IMG/VR virus record: IMGVR_UViG_3300044957_000820
Span: 1 to 43,426 of that record
Reading direction: 5' to 3' (one strand)
Length of the DNA: 43,426 bases
Origin: a virus
Taxonomy: Duplodnaviria > Caudoviricetes
A program made the position numbers and the translations under genes. Under the pieces are notes generated by a model. That model made no database searches, was not told the DNA's origin, and saw only the letters and a list, made by a program, of their open reading frames with translations. Positions within the stretch are counted from its first letter, which is position 1. Each line of letters opens with the position of its first letter. Below, piece after piece: positions 36,530-43,426 of this stretch.

Positions 36530-37219
36530 ATGGCAGTCATCGAGGGTGGTGTCAGCGGCGCCCTGGTTGGCGTCGGAGCAGAGACCGGAATCGGCATGCA
36601 CGTCACGGCGCGCCCCGTCGCTCACAGCGCGCTCGGTCACTACCGCGTGTCCGCGGTGACGGGCACGCTTCCGGCGACGCTGGCGGCGTCGTCGCAGCTG
36701 TTCTACCTGCGATGGACGGACGCGACGCGCTTCTGTGTGGTCACGTACCTCAAGGCGTCGTTCCAGACGCTGACTCCGTTCACGGCGGCGACGCTGACCG
36801 ACTTCGGCTTCGACTTGCACAAGGCGACGGCGGTGAGCGCGGGCGGTGGCGGAACCGACCTGGGCGCGAGCGTCAAGACCAGGATGCGAACCGGCGGCAT
36901 GGGCGCTTCGCTGCTCGACGCCTCGGGCCTGATGCGCATCGCCACGACGGCGGCGCTCACTGCCATCACCACGCTGGACGCGCTACCCATCGCGCAGAGC
37001 ATCGGTGACGCGAACCTCACGAACCCGGCGGGCGGCACGGAAGAGCCGCGGGTCAACGACCCGACGCTGCTGTTCAAGCCCGACATCGGCAGCGGCGAGT
37101 ACCCGCTCGTTCTCGCGCAGAACGAGGGCCTCGTCGTTCGCAACCGCACCATCTGGCCCGCCGCTGGCACGGGCATCCTTCAGGTCGAGATGGCCTGGAC
37201 GGAAGTCACGGCGTACTGA
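36530..37219 (+). CDS. beta-rich virion accessory-like protein
   Basis: AGGAGG RBS; T/A/G-rich; terminal PLVLAQNEGLVV...MAWTEV. Confidence 0.65.
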   Translation: MAVIEGGVSGALVGVGAETGIGMHVTARPVAHSALGHYRVSAVTGTLPATLAASSQLFYLRWTDATRFCVVTYLKASFQTLTPFTAATLTDFGFDLHKATAVSAGGGGTDLGASVKTRMRTGGMGASLLDASGLMRIATTAALTAITTLDALPIAQSIGDANLTNPAGGTEEPRVNDPTLLFKPDIGSGEYPLVLAQNEGLVVRNRTIWPAAGTGILQVEMAWTEVTAY

Positions 37220-37220
37220 C

Positions 37221-37460
37221 ATGAGCGAGCGCAGAGAGAAGTCGCGTCGCCGGGCAGCTGCGAAGGTCCGTGAGCGCATCGATGCACTCAGCCGCGCCGG
37301 CGCGTCCGACATCGAGATCGCCGAGGCGCAAGCCGCGCACGAGATCCTCTCGACGAACAAGCGCGCGAAGCATCGACGGGCGCTGTACGCGCTCAGCGTT
37401 GTGCGCGAAGAAGCATTCATCCGTGACGTGCTCCGTCGTCGCAGAAACGCCAAGATCTAG
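37221..37460 (+). CDS. basic hypothetical protein
   Basis: ATG immediately after the previous stop; 79 aa. Confidence 0.55.
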   Translation: MSERREKSRRRAAAKVRERIDALSRAGASDIEIAEAQAAHEILSTNKRAKHRRALYALSVVREEAFIRDVLRRRRNAKI

Positions 37461-37468
37461 GAGACTCC

Positions 37469-38155
37469 ATGCTTTCACTGTTCCTCGCCCTCGCTTCGGG
37501 ATGGACCACGCCGGTGCACGTCACCACGCCGTGGACCACGCCCAACTCCGTGAACCTCTCGCTCCCCGAGCACGAGGTCGCTGACTCCGTCACGCACTGG
37601 TCCGAGTGCTCCGTCCCTGCCGTTCCGCCCGGCGCCACGCTGACGCGCACGACGGTGACCGGCACGGACTGGCGCATGTCGTACGAGATGCAGAACCTCG
37701 CGCCGTCGCCGGTCCAGGTGAACGTCGTCGGCAACTACATCTGCACCGTCGGCCACGCTCCGCGCCTGTGGCTCCAGAACTACCACGTGAACGGCGTCCT
37801 GCCGTCCGGCTCGCTGATGGACATCTCGACCGCGTGGAACGCGCGGGCCTTCACCGTCAGCGCGGGCGGAAGCGGCGTCAACCTCGGGATCGCCGGCGGC
37901 GCGTCGGTCGCCGGCATCGTGGAGCAGCACTACGACTACACCTGGGTCACCGGGGGCGGCATCGTCGACGTTCAGCCCGTGACGAACTGGATGCGCCAGC
38001 GCAACGGCGTGCATCGTCTGTACCTCAGCGCGCAGGGCGACTACGCGTGGGCCTGGACAACGCCGTACGGGTGGCAAGGCTCGCACTCGCCGATCGCCTA
38101 CACCGTCACGCCTGAGTGCCGCGTCACCTTCAGCATCGAGTACTACGTACCCTGA
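37469..38155 (+). CDS. secreted beta-rich protein resembling choice-of-anchor E domain
   Basis: AGGAG RBS; hydrophobic N-terminus; P..ATLTR; terminal VTFSIEYYVP. Confidence 0.55.
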   Translation: MLSLFLALASGWTTPVHVTTPWTTPNSVNLSLPEHEVADSVTHWSECSVPAVPPGATLTRTTVTGTDWRMSYEMQNLAPSPVQVNVVGNYICTVGHAPRLWLQNYHVNGVLPSGSLMDISTAWNARAFTVSAGGSGVNLGIAGGASVAGIVEQHYDYTWVTGGGIVDVQPVTNWMRQRNGVHRLYLSAQGDYAWAWTTPYGWQGSHSPIAYTVTPECRVTFSIEYYVP

Positions 38156-38583
38156 TGTGCGTCTACTGCGACACGCGGATCGATCGGCCGCTGCCAAGCG
38201 GCCCCCCTCTCGACGACGTGTCGCAGTACATCTCCGGGCGCTACGTGATCGATCTGGGCGCGCGTGCAGTGCACGCCCTCGTAGCGCGCGGAGCCTCTCT
38301 CGTGTTCGCGGTCTCGGCCGAGGAGCTGACCCAGCAGCTCCCGGCCGAGGCCATCTACGTCAGAGACCGAGATCGCAACGCGCTGCTGCGCGTCGCGGCC
38401 GGGCACGACTGCATCGACACGGTGCACGTCGGTGAAGGACACGCCGATGCGATCCCGGCGGCGCAGGAGATCTTCCCGCGCGCACGGATCGTGGGCTTGT
38501 GCAGGGAGCGAAACACGAGACGCCTCCTGCGCGAGCTTCATCTGAACTTCGAAGCCGAGCACGGCAGCTACATCGTGCTCTGA
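38155..38583 (+). CDS. hypothetical protein
   Basis: TGATG overlap; begins MCVYC. Confidence 0.55.
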   Translation: MCVYCDTRIDRPLPSGPPLDDVSQYISGRYVIDLGARAVHALVARGASLVFAVSAEELTQQLPAEAIYVRDRDRNALLRVAAGHDCIDTVHVGEGHADAIPAAQEIFPRARIVGLCRERNTRRLLRELHLNFEAEHGSYIVL

Positions 38584-38593
38584 GAGGGAAAGC

Positions 38594-40957
38594 ATGACGC
38601 TTCTGTCTGAAGGTCTGTCCGCGCTCAGGCGCGGTTGGCACATCATCGCTCTCGACGGGAAGAAGCCTCGAGCGCAGGGCTGGCAGCGATCGCCTCCACC
38701 GAGCGAGGCCGTGGTCGAGGCGTGGGCGCGCCAGGGGAACCTCGGCGTGTGCACGGGGCACGGCTTCATCGTGGTCGACATCGACCCAGGCGCTGACACG
38801 AGCGCACTCGATCTGCCCGAGACCGTCGAGGCTCGCACGGGCCGCGGTGGCCGCCACCTGTACTACCGCTGCGACGAGCGCATGGCGAACAGCGTCGGCC
38901 GCATAGCCGAGCACGTGGACGTGCGCGGCACGGGCGGGCAGGTCGTTCTGCCGGGCAGCGTGCACCCCGACACCGGCGAGGTGTACGCGTGGCTCGTGCA
39001 TCCTGACGAGCGCGAGATGGCCGACGCGCCCGCGTGGCTCGCGGAGGTCGCGCGCCCGAAGGAGCCGAGGGCGGTCGCCTCGATCTCAGGCGGCAACCTC
39101 GACCGCTGGGCAGCCGTCGCGATCGAGGCCGAGTTGAGATCCGTTCGCAACGCGCGCGAGGGCACGCGGAACAACACGCTGAACCGAGCTGCGTTCAACC
39201 TCGGGCAGATCGTCGAGTCCGCGCGCCTGGATCCGCAGGAGCTTCTCGACGAGCTGCTCCAGGCGGCCGACGCGTGCGGCCTGGGCGCGGCTGAGTCGCG
39301 CGCCACGGCGATCAGCGGCGTGCGCGCCGGCATGCAGTCGCCGCGCTCGAACGCGACGCGGCCACGCGCGCCTGACCGCGTGGTGCCGGAAGAAGGCGAC
39401 ATCCCCGAGGTGCTCGTCCCTGGCACGCACGTCACCGACCAGGGCGAGTTCATCGAGGTGAGCGACGAGGAGTTCGCCTCGGCTGCGATCAGCGCGATCG
39501 AGTACACGGGCCACGAGAACTTCTTCCGCCGCGGCGGCGTCGTGCTGGAGATGGACCTCACGAGCGGCGTCGTGTACTTGCCGGACGAGTACGACGTGCG
39601 ACTCTTGATCTCGCGCTACGTGCGCTTCGCGCGCTGGCGTGCAGTGAAGGCAGGCGGCGGAGCCATCGTGCACGAGAAGCAGCGCGTGCCTGGAAGCACG
39701 GAGTACTCGCGTCTGATTCGCAGGCACATGCGCACGCACCCGAACGTGCGCGATCTCGAGGTCTTCGCGCCGCACCCGATGTACGTCGCGAACGACGGCA
39801 ACGAGGTCATGCGCGCGCGGCCTGGGTACGACTGGCAGACGCGCGTGTACTGCACCGACTACACCGAGCAGGACGGCGAGACGTGCGACGTTGACGAGTT
39901 CCTGTGCGACTTCCCGTTCGCGACCGAGAGCGACCGCGACCAGTTCGTCGGCCTCATGCTCACGCCGATCGTGCGCCAGCTGATCGATGGCCCAGTGCCG
40001 ATGCACCTGATCACGAGCACGATCGAGCGCACAGGCAAGACGAAGCTCGCGGAGGAGGTGCTCGGTGGTCTGCTCCTGGGTCGCCCGACGCCGGCCGCGC
40101 AGCTCGGCGGCAACGAGGAGGAGATCGAGAAGCGCATCCTCGCGCACCTGCTCGCTGGACCGCCGATCCTGCATCTCGACAACCTCGCCGAGCACCTCGA
40201 CTCCGGCGCGCTCGCGTCGCTGCTCACGTCGAACGAGTGGAAGGGCCGCATGCTCGGGCGCTCCGAGGTCGTCTCGATCCCGAACCGGACGGTGATCGTC
40301 GGCACCGGGAACAACGTCCGGGCCTCGGCCGAGCTGGCGAAGCGCATCGTGCCGATCCGCCTGGAGCCCCGGTACGTGCGCCCGGACCTGCGGCGCGACT
40401 TCCGGCACCCGGACCTGCGCCGGCACGTGGCGCGCTCGCGCGCGGCCGTGCTGCGCACGCTGTGCGGCTGGGTCGACTCCTGGCTCAGGGCCGAGCGGCC
40501 CACGTCAGAGCGCGTCCTGGGCGGCTACGAGGCGTGGTGCCGGGTCGTCGGCGGGATCATGGAGTGCGCCGGCCGCACGGCGTGGCTCGCATCTCGGGAG
40601 TCCTGGGTCTCGAAAGCGAACATCGAAGGCGTCGACCTCCAGCGGGTGGTGCAGCTCTGGTGGGACCAGCACGGCACGTCGCGTACGCGTCCCAGGGAGC
40701 TTCTGGGCCTCTGCGAGGGCGGGGAGGTCTGGTTGGACCTCTGGGAGCGCGCGCGCACGCCAGAGGGGCGCACGGTGGCCCTGGGACGGCGCCTGTCCCG
40801 GTACTTCGGCCGGGAGTTCAACGTGCTCGACGACCTGGGGCGCACGGTGCGGGTGAAGCTCAACGACGCGATGCCCCAGGGCTCGCGGGTCATGTGGCTG
40901 GAGCCGGTCGCGCCCGGTGGGGGAGAAACCCCCACCGACGAAGAGCACCACCACTGA
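38594..40957 (+). CDS. bifunctional DNA primase-polymerase fused to a helicase-like ATPase
   Basis: NLGVCTG..VVDID, TGRGGRHLYY, DVRGTGGQVVLPGSVHP, EGTRNNTL (PriCT), RTGKTKL Walker A, HLDN, TGNN. Confidence 0.92.
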   Translation: MTLLSEGLSALRRGWHIIALDGKKPRAQGWQRSPPPSEAVVEAWARQGNLGVCTGHGFIVVDIDPGADTSALDLPETVEARTGRGGRHLYYRCDERMANSVGRIAEHVDVRGTGGQVVLPGSVHPDTGEVYAWLVHPDEREMADAPAWLAEVARPKEPRAVASISGGNLDRWAAVAIEAELRSVRNAREGTRNNTLNRAAFNLGQIVESARLDPQELLDELLQAADACGLGAAESRATAISGVRAGMQSPRSNATRPRAPDRVVPEEGDIPEVLVPGTHVTDQGEFIEVSDEEFASAAISAIEYTGHENFFRRGGVVLEMDLTSGVVYLPDEYDVRLLISRYVRFARWRAVKAGGGAIVHEKQRVPGSTEYSRLIRRHMRTHPNVRDLEVFAPHPMYVANDGNEVMRARPGYDWQTRVYCTDYTEQDGETCDVDEFLCDFPFATESDRDQFVGLMLTPIVRQLIDGPVPMHLITSTIERTGKTKLAEEVLGGLLLGRPTPAAQLGGNEEEIEKRILAHLLAGPPILHLDNLAEHLDSGALASLLTSNEWKGRMLGRSEVVSIPNRTVIVGTGNNVRASAELAKRIVPIRLEPRYVRPDLRRDFRHPDLRRHVARSRAAVLRTLCGWVDSWLRAERPTSERVLGGYEAWCRVVGGIMECAGRTAWLASRESWVSKANIEGVDLQRVVQLWWDQHGTSRTRPRELLGLCEGGEVWLDLWERARTPEGRTVALGRRLSRYFGREFNVLDDLGRTVRVKLNDAMPQGSRVMWLEPVAPGGGETPTDEEHHH

Positions 40958-41102
40958 AGAATCGCGTGTTTCCCTCGGCTTTTTCAGCGTTCAGTGGGGG
41001 AGTGGGGGTTTTTTTTTCTCCTTACGTGAAGAAAAAAAAAGAAGAGCCCTCACGTCACATATAAGGGGCCTGGATTTACCCCCACCACCCCCACTCCCCC
41101 AC
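40915..41102. repeat. putative replication origin: GTGGGGG iteron-like inverted repeats around a T9/A9 core
   Basis: Perfect 15-bp inverted repeat 40994-41008 / 41088-41102; seven GTGGGGG/CCCCCAC copies; the most AT-rich patch seen in the window. Confidence 0.65.
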
Positions 41103-41104
41103 CG

Positions 41105-41166
41105 GACACGAAGCCGCCCGCCCCCTGGCCCGCGGCGAGCGCGGGGTCGGGAGCGGGCGGCGTGTC
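41105..41166. terminator. long GC hairpin where rightward and leftward transcription converge
   Basis: GACACG..GCCGCCCGC...GCGGGCGGCGTGTC. Confidence 0.45.
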
Positions 41167-41368
41167 AGCGCCGTCGAGGGCGCGGGCCGGGAGAGAGCTT
41201 GGGCGGGGCCTCCTGGGTCGCCTGGATGCGCGCTCGCGAGAGCGCGCGGGTCACGAGAGCCTGGACGGTCACCCCCTGGCGCGCGGCCTCGATGCGCAGG
41301 CCGTTCGCCAGGGGACGCGGGAGCCGGACGGTCACCGCTACGAGATCGTGCTCGCGGAGAAGGGCCAC
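41165..41368 (-). CDS. ribbon-helix-helix DNA-binding protein
   Basis: AVTVRLPRPLANGLRIEAARQGVTVQALVTRAL; GGAGG RBS. Confidence 0.8.
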   Translation of the reverse strand: MALLREHDLVAVTVRLPRPLANGLRIEAARQGVTVQALVTRALSRARIQATQEAPPKLSPGPRPRRR

Positions 41369-41676
41369 GCGATCACCTCCTCCCAGGCTCGCAGGTCGCC
41401 TCGAAAGGCGCTTGCGTCCACGTCGGCACGGACACTGCCGAACCAGATGCTGTCGGCGTCGAGACGCCAGAGGCTCGGCCAGTCCTCAGGGTTCTGGGCG
41501 TGGTAGGCGCGCAGCAGCTTCAGGAAGCGCGGGGAGACTGTCACGGAGAGCGTGTTCTCCATCGCGTGCACCGTGTTGAGTGCAGTGCAGAACGCGAGCG
41601 TTGCCGCTTCGAGCCTGCGCATGTAGAGCCACAGCAGAACTGCAGCCAGTGCGAAACCAATCGGGATTGCGATCAT
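41338..41676 (-). CDS. hypothetical membrane protein
   Basis: N-terminal hydrophobic helix; coupled to neighbours. Confidence 0.55.
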   Translation of the reverse strand: MIAIPIGFALAAVLLWLYMRRLEAATLAFCTALNTVHAMENTLSVTVSPRFLKLLRAYHAQNPEDWPSLWRLDADSIWFGSVRADVDASAFRGDLRAWEEVIAWPFSASTIS

Positions 41677-41882
41677 CGCTTCAGGTTCTCCAGGTGCGCT
41701 CGCAGTGCGGGCGCGAGTGTGAGGTCGAGCTTCGCAGCTTCAGCTGCGATCGCGTTCAGAAGGTCGAGACGCACGCGCTCGATGAGCACGTGCGTCTTCG
41801 GGATGGCGACGAGTGGCTCGCCGCTCAGCGCGCGCTTGACGTTGTCGAGCACGCGCTCGATGCGCTCGAGGCGGTCATCCAT
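41673..41882 (-). CDS. hypothetical early protein
   Basis: 69 aa, overlapping starts and stops. Confidence 0.6.
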   Translation of the reverse strand: MDDRLERIERVLDNVKRALSGEPLVAIPKTHVLIERVRLDLLNAIAAEAAKLDLTLAPALRAHLENLKR

Positions 41883-42093
41883 TGTCTGGGTGACCCCCGT
41901 GTGTGTTCAGCAACTGCACGATCGAGCCGCGCTTCGGCTCGATCACGAGGAGCGAGACATCGAACGAGCGATCGCTCGGGTCCTTGCGCTTCCAGCCGTG
42001 CGCGTGTGCGAGCGCCGCGCGCTTCGAGGTGAAGTACACGAACCCCAGGCTCGAGTCTGCTTTGCTTCTCAGGTTGACCTTGTAGATCTTCAT
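41875..42093 (-). CDS. hypothetical early protein
   Basis: ATG at 42093 (MKIYKVNL) overlapping the upstream stop. Confidence 0.6.
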   Translation of the reverse strand: MKIYKVNLRSKADSSLGFVYFTSKRAALAHAHGWKRKDPSDRSFDVSLLVIEPKRGSIVQLLNTHGGHPDNG

Positions 42094-42431
42094 GTGAACA
42101 GTCCGCTCTTCAGGGCGTCCTCGTGACACTCATCGCAGAACTCGACCGTCGCGTTCTGCATGTCGACGCGCTGCGAGAGGACGGTCGCAGAGCGCACGCA
42201 CATGCCCTGGCACGCAGGGCACTCCGGGTCTTCGCACTTGCATCGCGACTCCACCTCTCGCTTCAGGCTGGAGAAGAGCGCGGGGTTGCGTGCGATCACG
42301 TTGGTCTCGACGGCGACAGCGTCGCCGACCATCTGCCAGCTCTCGGGCTGGACAGCTTCGATGAGGCGCTCGCGTTCGAGCGGCGTTTCTGGGATGAGCA
42401 GCGTGATGCTGCCTTCGAGTTGGAACTTCAT
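42090..42431 (-). CDS. hypothetical early protein with Cys-rich C-terminus
   Basis: ATG at 42431; CKCEDPECPAC...C...FCDEC. Confidence 0.65.
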   Translation of the reverse strand: MKFQLEGSITLLIPETPLERERLIEAVQPESWQMVGDAVAVETNVIARNPALFSSLKREVESRCKCEDPECPACQGMCVRSATVLSQRVDMQNATVEFCDECHEDALKSGLFT

Positions 42432-42685
42432 GGCTTCCAGTTCAGCCGTGCGAGTTCGCGCGGCGCAGGCGTTCCGGCGGGGTGATGGATGAAGAAGCCG
42501 CAGTCGTCGAGGGAGCTGCCGGGCGCGACCTCGTAGACGATGCAGGCGGTCTTGGAGGAGATCGTCGTGCCGAGCTTCTTCAGCTTGGCACGCGCTTCCT
42601 CGAACGTGTCGGCTCGCGACCACGTGCGGTCGCTGGTGATGAGCATGACTTCGCGGTCGGGCTGGAGGATGAACTCGATCTTCAC
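42428..42685 (-). CDS. hypothetical early protein
   Basis: GTG at 42685 with GGAGG RBS. Confidence 0.6.
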   Translation of the reverse strand: MKIEFILQPDREVMLITSDRTWSRADTFEEARAKLKKLGTTISSKTACIVYEVAPGSSLDDCGFFIHHPAGTPAPRELARLNWKP

Positions 42686-42912
42686 GCGAGTGCCTCCACC
42701 TGCTTGCGGTTGAGGACGGCGACCTGCGTGTTCCGCTTGTATCGGAACTGAAGCGACTGCCACGAGCGGTCGTTCAGCAGGTCGGTGATGTTCGCGTAGG
42801 TCGTGCCGGACGGCGAGTTGAGGACGAAGTCCTTCTTCGCTTTGAAGTCGGCGAGGAGTGCCTTCTTCGAGGTGTAGTCACGGCCGTAGGCCGGGGTGAA
42901 GACGAGATGCAT
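42682..42912 (-). CDS. small phage early protein (PAYGRDY motif)
   Basis: MHLVFTPAYGRDYTSKKALLADFKAKKDF; AAGGA upstream. Confidence 0.7.
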   Translation of the reverse strand: MHLVFTPAYGRDYTSKKALLADFKAKKDFVLNSPSGTTYANITDLLNDRSWQSLQFRYKRNTQVAVLNRKQVEALA

Positions 42913-42925
42913 GTGTGTGTCCTTT

Positions 42926-42992
42926 TCTTCAGGGCGCACTGGCGCGCCGACGCCGACGCTGGAGTGCGCCGGCGTTTCGCCGCTCGCGCGGC
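42926..42992 (-). ncRNA. hammerhead-ribozyme-like element with atypical permutation
   Basis: GCCGC-GCGA-GCGGC, GAAA, 10-bp stem III, GUC site, stem I GGCGC/GCGCC, CUGAAGA. Confidence 0.55.
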
Positions 42993-43004
42993 GAACCCAC
43001 ACAG

Positions 43005-43205
43005 TCAGAGACGCTCGATGGCGTTGTTCGCGATGTAGTGCGTGACGGGCTCGTCGACCTCGATCACGCGAACGTCGCGCACTGCAGTCCACCGCATGGC
43101 GAGGTCGACTACGTAGCGGTCGGCCTCTTCTCTCGTGGCAAAGCGCAGTGAGTTGCCGACCCAGTTGTCTGAGCCGAAGACCTGGACCTCGGGCTTGAAG
43201 CTCAC
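43005..43205 (-). CDS. small phage early protein
   Basis: GTG at 43205 with GGAGG; SFKPEV...WVGNSLRFATREEA. Confidence 0.7.
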   Translation of the reverse strand: MSFKPEVQVFGSDNWVGNSLRFATREEADRYVVDLAMRWTAVRDVRVIEVDEPVTHYIANNAIERL

Positions 43206-43426
43206 AGCGCCCTCCGTGCCCGCACGGGCTCGACGGCGATGAGCGAGGTGACCTTGCCGCGCACGGTCGTGTACGTGGCTTCCTTCAGTGCCTCGATCGC
43301 GGTCTTCGCCGCGAGCTTCGTGGCTTCGGTGTCGAACGTCTCGGCCTCGCGCACGAGCGCCTCGATCGAGACGTTGTTGAGCTTCGAGAGCGCGCAGGCG
43401 AGCAGCTTCCACGGGTCGGCCTTCGC
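43202..43426 (-). CDS. 3' part of a hypothetical early gene (truncated by window edge)
   Basis: Open frame AKADPWKLLACALSKLNNVSIEALVREAE... with typical codon usage. Confidence 0.6.
   Translation of the reverse strand, partial: AKADPWKLLACALSKLNNVSIEALVREAETFDTEATKLAAKTAIEALKEATYTTVRGKVTSLIAVEPVRARRAL

Noticed and set aside
35927-37219. Diversity-generating retroelement targeting fibre genes
   Set aside because: No reverse transcriptase and no adenine-variable repeat pair seen
40381-40422. Repeat CCCGGACCTGCG twice in the primase gene
   Set aside because: Explained by the repeated peptide PDLRR; no sign of an independent function
42107-42118. Second GCCCTGAAGA (lambda boxB-like or hammerhead core) on the minus strand
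   Set aside because: Lies within a CDS, lacks the closing GGGC of boxB and has no matching GAAA or stems
42933-42978. Third HDV-like fold in the 42913-43004 spacer
   Set aside because: A P1/P2-like pseudoknot can be drawn, but P3/L3 is too short and mismatched and there is no G1.U pair; the hammerhead reading fits better
1-43426. Exact circular joining of the window ends
   Set aside because: Both ends carry leftward early genes, but joining 1 to 43426 puts the ORF starting at 65 out of frame with the coding frame at 43426-43202, and I saw no terminal repeat; a gap probably remains

Overview
The window is a near-complete genome of a GC-rich tailed phage with podovirus-like architecture. No integrase, DNA polymerase, tRNA, CRISPR array or classical endolysin was recognisable. 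A rightward late operon (~1048-26996) runs: terminase small/large, portal, scaffold, major capsid, decoration, tail adaptor, a 1378-aa nozzle with an inserted domain, GNAT, ejection proteins, a 2671-aa polyvalent protein, lysis-like membrane proteins and a complete Cys-type sulfatase. Next come a lone leftward 607-aa enzyme-like gene and a rightward replication operon (HTH, PD-(D/E)XK nuclease, Sak4-like ATPase, SSB-like protein, two helicases, VRR-NUC, primase-polymerase/helicase). A repeat-rich putative origin follows, then a leftward cluster of small early genes that appears to continue from the window's left end. The most striking signal is non-coding. The leftward early transcript carries two co-varying HDV-like self-cleaving ribozyme folds (594-662 and 77-142, minus strand) that bracket one small Zn-finger gene. 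It also carries a hammerhead-core element with unusual topology (42926-42992). Each lies 11-15 nt upstream of an AUG behind a CA-rich spacer. All protein calls come from motif recognition and synteny, not database searches; ribozyme activity is untested.
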